From an uncultured Actinomycetes bacterium (lineage in GTDB: Bacteria > Actinomycetota > Thermoleophilia > RBG-16-64-13): 64,000 bases of DNA. Shown in pieces: positions 21,387 to 31,179 of the stretch. The position numbers were made by a program, and so were the translations under genes. Location of the stretch: NCBI GenBank assembly GCA_963706025.1, contig CAVPLM010000003.1, positions 800,001-864,000 of the forward strand. Reading direction: 5' to 3'. The stretch's first letter is position 1. Each line of letters begins with the position of its first letter. A model generated the notes under the pieces. The model saw only the letters and a program-made list of their open reading frames with translations. It was not told where the DNA came from and searched no databases.

Positions 21387-21550
21387 GCGGACTCCTTTCG
21401 GTTCAACCTATATGGTCACTGGTCCGCAAGATGGTGGAGAGCAGGTTGGCTACTCCCCGGCCGGACCATGACGTGGTCGAACCGAGTCGGCGCCCCGCGA
21501 CATCAGGGCGGAGTGCGCTCTCTCCGCGGAAAGCGTCTGCTCCTCCTCTA

Positions 21551-21735
21551 CAGCAGGTATCTGACTCCCGAAGTCCGCCGCCCGAAGGCGCGACCAGGCG
21601 ACCGTCGGTCGGTCGCGTCGCTCGCTCGAGCGGAGCCTCGGTTACAGTGGCGGGACCGTGCCGGCATCTCACCGGCTTCCCTTTCGGCCTCGGGATGACC
21701 CGGGGCCTGACTGCGGAGGCACCATGCTTGCTGGA
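21551..21735 (-). ncRNA. Cobalamin riboswitch
   Basis: Minus strand: GGTGC…AAAGGGAAGCCGGTGAGATGCCGGCACGGTCCCGCCACTGTAA…GAGTCAGATACCTGC (B12 box). Confidence 0.93.
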
Positions 21736-21889
21736 GAGACTCTATCACCCGACGGCCCGAGGGGTCTACCGCGCCGGCCGGTGGGCTCCGCGGGCGGGTC
21801 CCCGGTGCGGGGTGCCGGCGGGCGCGTATCGGCCGCCGGATCTGGGCCGGCGGCTGTCGGCAACAGGCTCGTTTTGGTACGCTGGTCGG

Positions 21890-22252
21890 GTGAAGAGCTC
21901 CGTCAGCATAGTCCTCTTTTTTCTGCTCAGCGGCTTCTTCCTGAGCGCCCTGCTGGGTGCGGTCGAGCACAGCCGCAAGCTGCTGGCCGTGGCGGGGGGC
22001 TGTCTCGTGGCGGTGGTCTGCGTGATCGTCTTCCTTACCCCGGTACAACTACCGCCGTCCCTGCGCCTCAGATTCGGCGACGAGGAATCCGGTCCGACGT
22101 CCGTTTCGGGGACCACGGTTGCTACCGTCTCCCCGGTCACGACCTCAGTCACAGCCACCGTCCTCTCTCCGGACAGCATCTTCCCGGCCACTTCCACTTC
22201 CATCTCTCCGGTCACTTCAGTGTTCACGACGGAGACGTTTGATGTCCAATAA
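21890..22252 (+). CDS. Small membrane protein with Ser/Thr-rich tail, probably leaderless
   Basis: Two hydrophobic segments; TACGCT -10-like box 6 nt before GTG; overlaps the purM start. Confidence 0.5.
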   Translation: MKSSVSIVLFFLLSGFFLSALLGAVEHSRKLLAVAGGCLVAVVCVIVFLTPVQLPPSLRLRFGDEESGPTSVSGTTVATVSPVTTSVTATVLSPDSIFPATSTSISPVTSVFTTETFDVQ

Positions 22253-23294
22253 CCCTGAGGACGATCTCAGCTACCGCTCCGCGGGTGTGGACATCGAGGC
22301 CGGGGAGGAGGCGGTCCGGCGCATCAAGAAGGACGCCGAGAGCACCTACATCCCGGGAGTGCTGGGGTCGCTGGGGAGTTTCGCCGGCCTTTTCGAGTTG
22401 CCCAAGGACCTGGTGGATCCCGTGCTCGTCACCGCCACGGACGGTGTGGGCACCAAGGTGCTTCTGGCCCAAGAGACCGGCAGGCTCGACACCGTCGGCG
22501 TCGACCTGGTGGCCATGTCGGTCAACGACGTGCTCACCATCGGGGCTCGCCCCATCTTGTTCCTCGACTACGTGGCCATAGGCCGGTTGGTGCCGGCGGA
22601 GATGGCCCAGATCGTCGCCGGCGTGGCCGAGGGCTGCCGCCAGGCCGGATGCGCCTTGGTGGGAGGAGAGATGGCCGAGATGCCCGGCCTCTACGACCCG
22701 GGCGAGTTCGACCTGGCCGGCTTCTGTGTGGGCCTTGGCGAGCGGGAGAAGCTGATCGACGGGTCGAGCGTGAAAGAAGGCGACGTGGTCCTAGGGCTTG
22801 CTTCCAGCGGTTTCCACTCCAACGGCTACTCCCTGATCCGCAAAGTCCTCGAAATGAACGGCCGCGGGTTGGGCGATAGGTTCCCGGGTTTCGACGAGAC
22901 CATCGCCGACTCCCTGCTCAAGCCCACCCGCATCTACGTGCGGAGCGTGCTCGGACTGCTCGAGCGGGGGGTAGCGGTTGCGGCCATGGCCCATATAACC
23001 GGAGGGGGCATTATCGGCAACTTGTCCCGCGTGATCCCCGACGGGCTGTCGGCTCGATTGGACTTCACCGAGTGGAAGATACCGTCTATGTTCCGGGCCC
23101 TGCAGCGTCTGGGCGGCATTTCGGACCAAGAGATGTTCGGCACCTTCAACATGGGCATAGGGTACGTGCTTGTGGTGCCGGCGCCGATGGCGGAGCGCGC
23201 CGCCGGTCTATTGAGGGAGGCCGGGGAAGAGGCCGTCATCCTGGGCGGGATCGTTCGCGGGACGGAGAGGGTCGTATTGGACGGGCTGCCGTGA
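22242..23294 (+). CDS. purM: Phosphoribosylformylglycinamidine cyclo-ligase
   Basis: YRSAGVDI, TDGVGTK, GGEMAEMPG, HSNGYSL, HITGGG, FNMGIG. Confidence 0.97.
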   Translation: MSNNPEDDLSYRSAGVDIEAGEEAVRRIKKDAESTYIPGVLGSLGSFAGLFELPKDLVDPVLVTATDGVGTKVLLAQETGRLDTVGVDLVAMSVNDVLTIGARPILFLDYVAIGRLVPAEMAQIVAGVAEGCRQAGCALVGGEMAEMPGLYDPGEFDLAGFCVGLGEREKLIDGSSVKEGDVVLGLASSGFHSNGYSLIRKVLEMNGRGLGDRFPGFDETIADSLLKPTRIYVRSVLGLLERGVAVAAMAHITGGGIIGNLSRVIPDGLSARLDFTEWKIPSMFRALQRLGGISDQEMFGTFNMGIGYVLVVPAPMAERAAGLLREAGEEAVILGGIVRGTERVVLDGLP

Positions 23295-24157
23295 GCGTGG
23301 TGGGCGCGGAGCTCCCCGCGGGCGGCGGTCCCTCGGGCGGCGATGCCGGCCGAGCCGGGGATCCGCCGGTCTTCCGTTTGGCCGTCCTGGCTTCGGGGAG
23401 CGGCTCCAACCTGCAGGCCATCATCGATCAGCTGCACCGCCGCCCGGCGGCGGGCGCGCCCGCGGGGGCGCCGCCGGCCTCGACGGAAGCCGTCGCGACG
23501 TCCGCAGCGACGCCGGCTGCCGCGGCGCCGCCGGCCATCGAGGTCGCGTTGGTGATCAGCGACGTGCCCGGGGCGCGCGCCCTGGAACGGGCGCGCGCCG
23601 CCGGCATCCCCACAGTCGTCTTCCCGGCCGATCGCTATGCCACCCGCGAGGAGCACGACCTGGCCATGGCCGGCGCCATCCGCGACGCCCAGGCCGACCT
23701 GGTCGTCCTCGCCGGTTACATGCGCCTGGTTGCGCCCGCGTTCGTGCGGGCGTTCCCGTGGCGGGTCATCAACCTGCATCCGGCCCTGCTGCCGGCCTTT
23801 CCCGGGACCACCTCCATCGGCGACGCCGTGCGCTACGGCGTTAAGACGACCGGGGTCACCGTGCACTTCGTGGACGAGGGGCTGGACACCGGTCCCGTCA
23901 TTGCCCAGGAACCGGTGCGGGTGGAGGACGGCGATACGGCGGAGAGTCTGGCGACCCGCATCCATGCCGTGGAGCATCAGCTGCTGCCGGCCACGATCCG
24001 GCTCATCGCGGCGGCCAGGGTCAAGCCGCCTCTTCCGGGATCGCGGGTCGTCCAGGTAGACTTGGGCGACGTAGTGACGGCAGACGGCGGGACGGCGCCG
24101 AGCTGGGCGGCCGCGTCGAGCGACGGCATGACGCGAAGCGGCGACGCAGGGCCGTAA
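23291..24157 (+). CDS. purN: Phosphoribosylglycinamide formyltransferase with Ala/Pro-rich insertion
   Basis: ASGSGSNLQA, LAGYMR, NLHPALLP, TGVTVHFVD..LDTGP. Confidence 0.95.
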   Translation: MSVVGAELPAGGGPSGGDAGRAGDPPVFRLAVLASGSGSNLQAIIDQLHRRPAAGAPAGAPPASTEAVATSAATPAAAAPPAIEVALVISDVPGARALERARAAGIPTVVFPADRYATREEHDLAMAGAIRDAQADLVVLAGYMRLVAPAFVRAFPWRVINLHPALLPAFPGTTSIGDAVRYGVKTTGVTVHFVDEGLDTGPVIAQEPVRVEDGDTAESLATRIHAVEHQLLPATIRLIAAARVKPPLPGSRVVQVDLGDVVTADGGTAPSWAAASSDGMTRSGDAGP

Positions 24158-24263
24158 GCGACCAAGTGGCGTCGAGCGACGTGATAGCGTGACCGAGGGA
24201 GACGCGAGCAGATGGGACCAACGCCCGGCCACACGGGACCGGGGAGCCGACGAGGAGGAGAGA

Positions 24264-25802
24264 GTGAAGGTCAAGCGAGCGCTGGTGTCGGTATCGGACA
24301 AGCAGGATCTCGAGCCCTTCGTCAGAGGGCTGGTGGATTTGGGTATCGAGATCATCTCCACAGGGGGGACCGCGCGTCACCTACGGGAGGCGGGGCTGCC
24401 CATCACCGGCATCTCAGAGGTCACCGGTTTCCCCGAGATCATGGACGGAAGGGTCAAGACGCTGCATCCGGCCATCCACGGCGGCATCCTGGCCGACCGC
24501 GACCGGCCCAGTCACCTGAAGGCCATCGCCGAGCTCGGCATCAAACCCATCGATCTGGTGGTCGTGAATCTCTATCCCTTCGAGGCGACCGTCGCCCAGC
24601 GGGGGGTCAGCGAAGCCGACGCGGTGGAGAACATCGACATCGGCGGACCCTGCATGGTGCGCGCCGCGGCCAAGAACTTCGAGGGGGTGGGCATCGTCAC
24701 CGATCCCGCCGACTACGATGCGGTACTGACGGAGCTGAATGAGAACGAAGGGGAGCTGTCGCGGGAGACACGGCGCCATCTGGCCACGAAGGCCTTCCAT
24801 CACACGGCTCACTACGACTCGGCCATCGCCACCTGGTTCGGGGAACAGGAACAAGATTTTCCCACGTACCTGATGCTCGACATGGTCAAGATCAAGGACC
24901 TTCGCTACGGGGAGAACCCGCACCAGCGGGCCGCCTGGTATTCCGAGGTGCGCCTTGCCGGGGAATTGGCGGCCGCTCTCGAGCAGCACCACGGGCAGCA
25001 ACTATCGTTCAACAACCTGCTGGACCTGGATTCCTGCCGCCGGGTCCTCGATGAGTTCGCCCTCCCCTGCTGTGTGATCGTCAAGCACAACAACCCCTGT
25101 GGGGTGGCGGTGGCGGAGACGGTGGCTGCCGCCTACGAGAAGGCCGTCTCCTGCGACCCGGTCTCGGCCTTCGGCGGCGTGATCGCGGTCAACCGGGTGG
25201 TCGACGACGCTCTGGCTCGGCTCCTCTCCACCAACTTCGTGGAGGTGCTGTGGGCTCCCGGCTATGCGGACGAGGCGATGGAGATCCTGACCCTCAAGAA
25301 GGACATCCGCATCCTCACCGGCCAGCAGAATCGCGACACCTGCGACGGCTTCGACATGAAGCGCATCGTCGGGGGCATGCTGGTACAGGATTGGGACTGT
25401 GAGGTCGACCAGCGGGAGAACATGGAGGTGATCAGCGATCGTGTCCCCACCGAGGCGGAGTGGGGCGACCTGTTGTTCGCCTGGCGGGTTGCGAAGCACA
25501 CGAAGTCGAACGCCATCATCCTGGTGAAGGACCTCATGACCGTGGGTGTGGGCGCGGGGCAGATGAGCCGGGTGGATTCGGCCAACCTGGCGGTGTCGCG
25601 GGCCCGGTTCCCGTTGGCGGGCTGCGCGGTGGCTTCCGACGCCTTCTTCCCGTTCCCGGACGCCCTCGAGGTGGCGGCCAACGCCGGCGCCACCTGCGTC
25701 ATCCATCCGGGTGGCTCGAAGCGGGACGACGAGTCTCTGGCCCTGGCGAACGCTCGCGGGATGGCCATGGTGGTGACGGGGCGGAGGCACTTCAGACACT
25801 AA
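24264..25802 (+). CDS. purH: Bifunctional AICAR transformylase/IMP cyclohydrolase
   Basis: RALVSVSDK, GRVKTLHP, RYGENPHQ, KHNNPCG, SDAFFPF, RHFRH. Confidence 0.97.
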   Translation: MKVKRALVSVSDKQDLEPFVRGLVDLGIEIISTGGTARHLREAGLPITGISEVTGFPEIMDGRVKTLHPAIHGGILADRDRPSHLKAIAELGIKPIDLVVVNLYPFEATVAQRGVSEADAVENIDIGGPCMVRAAAKNFEGVGIVTDPADYDAVLTELNENEGELSRETRRHLATKAFHHTAHYDSAIATWFGEQEQDFPTYLMLDMVKIKDLRYGENPHQRAAWYSEVRLAGELAAALEQHHGQQLSFNNLLDLDSCRRVLDEFALPCCVIVKHNNPCGVAVAETVAAAYEKAVSCDPVSAFGGVIAVNRVVDDALARLLSTNFVEVLWAPGYADEAMEILTLKKDIRILTGQQNRDTCDGFDMKRIVGGMLVQDWDCEVDQRENMEVISDRVPTEAEWGDLLFAWRVAKHTKSNAIILVKDLMTVGVGAGQMSRVDSANLAVSRARFPLAGCAVASDAFFPFPDALEVAANAGATCVIHPGGSKRDDESLALANARGMAMVVTGRRHFRH

Positions 25803-25813
25803 GCCAGGGCCAA

Positions 25814-26224
25814 GGGGTCAGACGGGTCCCCTTCCAGCTGCGCGCAAAAGCCTGTGCGACTCTTCCAGGGAACCCATCCGACCCCTCGGACCCAGCCACA
25901 GATGGCCCAAGCGCCGTCCGCCACGCTCTTGTTAGTTAAGGGTCGGGCTTCGTCGGCTGCGCGGGCGGCGACGGGGTCAGACGAGTCCCCCTCCAGCTGC
26001 GCGCAAAAGCCTGCGCGACTCTTCCAGGGAACCCGCCTGACCCCTTGGGACCGGCCACAGATGGCCCAAGCGCCGTCCGCTGGCGGCTGAGTATGGGCGG
26101 GGCTTCCTTCCAGCTGCGCGGGCGGCCAAGGGAGCATAAGGGCTTCCTTCCAGCTGCGCGGGCGGCCAAGGGGGCATAAGGGCTTCCTTCCAGCTGCGCG
26201 GGTGCGACTCTTCCAGGAAGCCCC
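25814..26224. repeat. REP-like structured repeat cluster: two ~108-bp copies (period 159) plus a 40-bp tandem x3
   Basis: Core CCAGCTGCGCG occurs 5 times and GCGACTCTTCCAGG 3 times; each full copy folds into a hairpin. Confidence 0.85.
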
Positions 26225-26297
26225 TACGCCCCCTTAGGGCCTGTGACAGAAGGGTCGATGGGCCGCCACCCGCACGCTGAGCGCTGGTGCGACTCTT

Positions 26298-27951
26298 CTA
26301 TAGGCTGATCATCCTCCCCGGCAGGTTGCCGTTCTGGACGCCTTGTTCGACGATGGGCGTTCCTGCGACGAAGACCCACTCCACTCCCGTGGCCGGCGCG
26401 CTCAGGTTTTCGTATGTGGCCTGCGGAGAGAACTGCGCTTCGTCGAATACCACGACGTCGCCCTTCAGCCCCTCTCTGAGGATCCCCCGGTCGAACAGGT
26501 TCATGGTCGACGCAGGCAGGCTGGTCATGTGGCGGACCGCCTCTTCCAGCCCCACCCCCCGACGGCGGCTTTCGCGGAAGAACTTGGGCATGGTGTTGTA
26601 GCCGACGGGCCAAGGGGTCATATCCGCCAGCCCTGGAGCCGATTCGTTGGGGGAGACATCTGTGGAGGGCATGCCGGCATCGTGGAGGGTCGCCTCGCCT
26701 ATGTAGTCATCGTTGCCGGCGAAGGACAGGCTCAGGATGGGACTCCGCCCGATCGGAATCAGCCCCGATTGACCGCAAATGAGAGCATAGGTGAGCTCCT
26801 CGGGATCGACCTCGTTCTCCCTGGCCAGGTCGCTGATGGTCCGTCCCTCGAGCTCGGGTGTCCCCGTGCGGGCCAGCTTCGCGCGTGGGGAGCAGCTCGA
26901 GATACTCGGGCAGAATGTCGGCCACCTTGCCGATATGCCGCTTCATGAGCCTCGCCAAACCTCTACGGAACTCGGGATCCATTACGTCTCGAGCAAAGCC
27001 TTCCGCGGTCCACGAACGGCCCCCGTACGTGTTCGCGACCCAGAGGAAGATCTGTTTCCATCCGTCCGCGTCGTAGACGAGGTGGGGATCTTGCATGACG
27101 TTGAAGGTGATGTCCAGACCCTCCTCGCGCGCCTGGCTTACAATTGACAGCATCTCCTCCGCTTCATGCCAGTAGCTCGGCAGAGCCTGGTAATGGGCGA
27201 TACTCAGCCTCACCTTTGCATCTCGAGCGAGGCGTACCGAGTATCTGGCCGCGGCGCTGTTGGCACAGTAGGGCGCGTGGAACTGGTAAGCGCGGCCGTG
27301 CTCACCGCATATCTTGGCGAGGGCAAGCACCTCTTCGTAACTGGCATATATGTTGGGGTCATAGCTGAGCCCGGCGGTGGCTCCGACCGCCCCATCCTCC
27401 AACGCGCCCCGGAGAAGGGTCTTCATCTCTTCGAGTTGTGCCTCGCCGGCCGGCTGCGGACCCCGCGCCCCCACCTGCCAGCGAAGCGTGCCGTGGCCGA
27501 TGTAGGGCGCGATATCGATCGCAGTACCCCCACGATTGACGGCAGCGGCGTACTCGCGCTGGGATTCCCAGCTTTCCTCCAACGGAAGCACGTTGCTCCA
27601 GAAGAGGCTCGTTCCGTAGGCACATATGGTGGTGATGTAGTCGAAGAAGGTGTGCGAATCTGGGCCGGCCGACATGCCGCATTGGCCGGACGTCGCGGTG
27701 GTCGTCCCCTGGGTGGCGAAGTTTCGCTCGTGCGGCCAGACGAGAGCTGTCATGTCGCAGTGGGTGTGTGGGTCCACGAAGCCAGGACTAACGACGAGCC
27801 CGGTGGCATCGATCACCCGGGCTGCATCCGCCTGGATGCGGGGTGCCACGGCAGCGATCTTGCCTGCGGCCAAGGCAAGGTCGCCCAAGAAGCAGGGATT
27901 GCCGGTGCCGTCGACGATTCTTCCGTTGCGGATGATCGTATCGAAGTCCAA
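26298..27951 (-). CDS. N-acyl-D-amino-acid deacylase-like amidohydrolase; frameshift near 26885
   Basis: IIRNGRIVDGTG, PGFVDPHTH; C-terminal DRGILREGLKGDVVVFD…GVEWVFVAG in ORF 26298..26672; the intervening frame is open. Confidence 0.8.
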
Positions 27952-28076
27952 ATCGCCCTCCAGTCTGGTCGTCTTCGAGTTGCGCGCGCGCCCGTGCTCA
28001 GCTACGCGCCCTGGCCGGGGCCATGCCGGGTCAGGCGCCGGGCCGGCAGCTTGCCGCTGCACGCGGCCGTCCCCAG

Positions 28077-29096
28077 CTACGAGCCCATCCCCAGCGAGGC
28101 GGCCGTCTCCCAGTAGAGGCGGTTCTTCTCGGCGTCGTCCATCGGCTGACGGGCAAGGAAGTCCATGCAGACGGGCATATCCTCGAACGGATAGTCGGTG
28201 CCCAGAACCATCCTCTCCGTGCCCAGGGCGTCGCGCGTACAGGCGAAGGCCTGGGGAGAGTAGTTGCCGCTGGTGGACGAGACGACGTTGTCTCGGAGGT
28301 AATCGCTCGGCATCCGCTTCAGCTTGGGCGCCACAGCCGGTTCGACCGGCACGTGCCCCTGGACGTAGGGGCGGTCCACTCGGTCCAGCATGAACGGGAA
28401 CCCCTCGCCGAGATGGCCGAGGATGATCTTGAGCCTTGGGAAGGTGTCGAAGACCCCGGCGACGATCATCCGCATCACCACCATGGACGTCTCCATCCCG
28501 AACCCGAAGCTGGGCCCGGCCACTCCCAATCCATAGGTGGCCAACTGGGCCACGATGGGATAGCTGGGGTGGATGTAGATGGGAATGTTCAGCTCTTCCG
28601 CCTTGGCCAAGAGGGGCCAGTACCGTTTCTCGTCCAGGAAGGAATCCCCGAAGTTGGAGTGCGTGTTCCAGCCCTTGAACCCCAGCTCCTTGACGCTGCG
28701 CTCCAGCTCTTTGGTCGCCGAGTCCACGTCTTTGGGGGCGAGCGTAGCGTATCCCTGGAAACGATCGGGAAAGCGGTCGACGGCTTCGGCCAGAGTGTCG
28801 TTGGTCTCCTGGGCCACCCGGGTGCCCACGGCCGGGGGAAAGGGCTCGGTCCCCGGAGCGGCGAGCGAGAGCACGGCCACGTCGATGCCGGCTTCATCGA
28901 GCAGCTTGATGCGTCCTTCGCCCAGATCCAGGAGCCGGTCCAGCGGGCGGTAGGGCATGTTGACTCCTGGGACTGGATACAGCCGGTATTTCGTGTCCGG
29001 ATCGTCCGTGAGCCGGGGGTAGTAGTCGTTGACCTGGAGCGCGCGTACCCAGGATTCGGACGCGAAATGGTTCTCGAGGTCGATCTTGCGGATCAC
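28077..29096 (-). CDS. Amidohydrolase_2 family protein (LigW/ACMSD-like decarboxylase or hydratase)
   Basis: IDLENH, IYIHP, ILGHLGE, GTDYPF. Confidence 0.88.
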   Translation of the reverse strand: MIRKIDLENHFASESWVRALQVNDYYPRLTDDPDTKYRLYPVPGVNMPYRPLDRLLDLGEGRIKLLDEAGIDVAVLSLAAPGTEPFPPAVGTRVAQETNDTLAEAVDRFPDRFQGYATLAPKDVDSATKELERSVKELGFKGWNTHSNFGDSFLDEKRYWPLLAKAEELNIPIYIHPSYPIVAQLATYGLGVAGPSFGFGMETSMVVMRMIVAGVFDTFPRLKIILGHLGEGFPFMLDRVDRPYVQGHVPVEPAVAPKLKRMPSDYLRDNVVSSTSGNYSPQAFACTRDALGTERMVLGTDYPFEDMPVCMDFLARQPMDDAEKNRLYWETAASLGMGS

Positions 29097-29342
29097 GTCG
29101 GCTCCTTTCGGTGAGGGGCTACCTCATCGGGTGGACTCGCTATTGTCGGGTTACCACCATAGATTCACGCGGCCTGAACCGCAAGTCGGGGCGGGCGTTG
29201 GTCGGCAGCGGGGTGACGATGCGCGGCGGGGCGGCGGCGGGCCCGCCGCGGGCCCATTTTCCCGTAGCGTTGGAACCTTGGAACGACGTGCGCTCCGGGT
29301 GCGGACCCGCACGTCCGTTGCGGCCGCTACGTTTCGATCCGC

Positions 29343-30434
29343 CTAGTCCGTCTCCGGCTCCAGCCGGCCCGTGGGGGGCAGGTACGGGCGCGGGGTCTGA
29401 CTCTGACGCCAAGTCGGGTCGGGGCGCGGCACCGGATCGGGGCGCGGTACCGGATGACGTCGGGTGTCCCGTTCGGCGCGGCGCTGCGCACGTGCCTCCC
29501 AAACCAATTGCTGACCGCCGAGGGGCTGGGCCTGTTCCGCCGCGCGAGCGGCGCGCACCTTCTTCCGGCTACGCCTGAGCAGATTGCGGTAGTAGTTGAA
29601 GTGCCAGCTCACATGGAAGATGGAGATGAGCGTCATCGCTACCCCTGCCTCCACATGCCAGAACAGGAGGTCGAAGGGGATGGTGAAGGGCAATTCGTAA
29701 TCGAGCTGGATCGTAAGGATCAACCCGAAGATGCCCGTGATCAAGAAAGTGGCCAGAAGAAGCACGTTCCAGATCTTGCGGTGGGTGGTGACCTTGATCC
29801 TCTTGGTCTTGTGAAGGACGAAGCTGGCCGCGTAGATCAGGAAGAATCCGATGGCGATGGGGCTCACGTTGTAGCCGGTGAAGAGCGAGACCCCACCGGA
29901 GTCTTCGGCGCCGGTGGCGGAGACCGTGGCGACCGAGTCGCCTGACGCGCCCGTAGCTGTCGCGGAGCTGTCGCTCGGACCGCCGGATGACGGAGTGGTG
30001 GTCGAGGTGGTCGCGGAGCCGCTGGCGGCAGCCAGGGCGACGGCTCCGGCTGCGGTCTCGACCGAGACGAGCGAGCCGATGCTGAGGCAGGCGCCGCAGC
30101 CGGCGCAAGGGCCCAGAGGACAGTCACCGGTCGGCGGTTCTCCAGAGGTGGTGGTTGTCACCGCCAGGGTCGTGGTAGTCGTTTCGGACTTGGGTGCCGT
30201 GGTGGTGGTCGTGGTCGACTCGACCGGCTCGGACTGGGAGAGATCGCAGATGTCGTCGCCGTCGGTGTCGACGTACCGGCTGCATGCTCCCGGGTAGGGA
30301 TCGTTTACCAGCCCTTTGGGGCAGTTATCCCAGGCTAGAGCTTGGGAGGGAAAGGCCAATCCGAACGATATGCCAAAAGTCGCCAGGGAGGCGACCAGAG
30401 CGAATGTTGCCACTCTCTTCTTGACAGTTGCCAT
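29343..30434 (-). CDS. Membrane protein with secreted Cys-rich N-terminus and DUF4405-like TM domain
   Basis: Signal peptide; CPKGLVNDPYPGAC.RYVD…ICD; CPLGPCxxCxxC; HRKIWN…FWHVEAG…HVSWH. Confidence 0.75.
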   Translation of the reverse strand: MATVKKRVATFALVASLATFGISFGLAFPSQALAWDNCPKGLVNDPYPGACSRYVDTDGDDICDLSQSEPVESTTTTTTAPKSETTTTTLAVTTTTSGEPPTGDCPLGPCAGCGACLSIGSLVSVETAAGAVALAAASGSATTSTTTPSSGGPSDSSATATGASGDSVATVSATGAEDSGGVSLFTGYNVSPIAIGFFLIYAASFVLHKTKRIKVTTHRKIWNVLLLATFLITGIFGLILTIQLDYELPFTIPFDLLFWHVEAGVAMTLISIFHVSWHFNYYRNLLRRSRKKVRAARAAEQAQPLGGQQLVWEARAQRRAERDTRRHPVPRPDPVPRPDPTWRQSQTPRPYLPPTGRLEPETD

Positions 30435-30631
30435 CGCACCATACCTTTGTTGGGGGCTGACCGCCGGCCGGCTCGGTGCTGCGGGGTCGTGCGTCCGACG
30501 ATGCACCCTGGTTCGACCTGACTGCAGTGTACCCACGGGGGTATAAAGCATTCATAAATCCTGGATTACAGTTTCGTAGTCCGGCTTGCCGGCCTGTCGG
30601 ACACGGCGCCCGGGAAGCCGTGCCCCGCGCG

Positions 30632-30660
30632 TTGACACCCACCGGGGCTGGGGCTACAAT
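30632..30660 (+). promoter_or_regulatory. sigma70 promoter of tRNA-Lys
   Basis: TTGACA-N17-TACAAT. Confidence 0.85.
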
Positions 30661-30673
30661 CGTCCCTCCATAC

Positions 30674-30746
30674 GGGCCGTTAGCTCAGTTGGTAGAGCAC
30701 CGGACTTTTAATCCGAGGGTCGCTGGTTCGAGTCCAGCACGGCTCA
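30674..30746 (+). tRNA. tRNA-Lys(UUU); CCA not encoded
   Basis: GGGCCGT acceptor stem, TAGCTCAGTTGGTAGAGC D-arm, CTTTTAA anticodon loop, GGTTCGAGTCC T-arm. Confidence 0.96.
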
Positions 30747-30754
30747 TTCTCTAT

Positions 30755-30779
30755 GGCCCCGTTTTGCGGGGCTTTCTTG
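30755..30779 (+). terminator. Intrinsic terminator after the tRNA
   Basis: GCCCCG-TTTTG-CGGGGC followed by TTTCTT. Confidence 0.65.
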
Positions 30780-30909
30780 TGTGGCTGAGTGGGCCCAGGG
30801 ATGCTCTGAAGCCGGAGCCGGCCCGGAAGTTCACGGAATGTACACGCCGCAGATGGTCGCGGCTTGTCTAGGCTGGTCCCAACTGGTCGTTGATGGAGGT
30901 TTGGCGCAA

Positions 30910-31179
30910 GTGAGCACCCTGATCTACATCATCTACGCCGTAGCTGTGGTCTACAGCTTGCTCATCTTCGCCCGGGTGGTGCTGTCCTGGTTTCCGGCAC
31001 GCCCAGGCAGCCAGGTCTTCCTGATCAAAGGCGCGCTCTTCACGCTCACGGAACCATACCTCGGCTTGTTCCGCCGGTTGCTTCCTGTGGCACGCATCGG
31101 TTCCGTCGGCCTCGACCTGAGCGTCCTGGTGGGCCTGGTCATTCTCTTCATTGTCATTCAGGTGCTGGCCCGACTCTAG
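30910..31179 (+). CDS. YggT-family membrane protein
   Basis: ARVVLSWFP…LTEPYL..FRRLLP…GLDLS. Confidence 0.85.
   Translation: MSTLIYIIYAVAVVYSLLIFARVVLSWFPARPGSQVFLIKGALFTLTEPYLGLFRRLLPVARIGSVGLDLSVLVGLVILFIVIQVLARL

Noticed and set aside
24158-24263. ZTP (pfl) riboswitch upstream of purH
   Set aside because: Only partial words are present (GTGAC, ACCGGGGAGC); the GACTGGCG element and the 3' GCCTGGGC pseudoknot hairpin are missing
25814-26224. CRISPR array
   Set aside because: The inter-repeat sequences are themselves repeated, the periods are irregular and there are no cas genes
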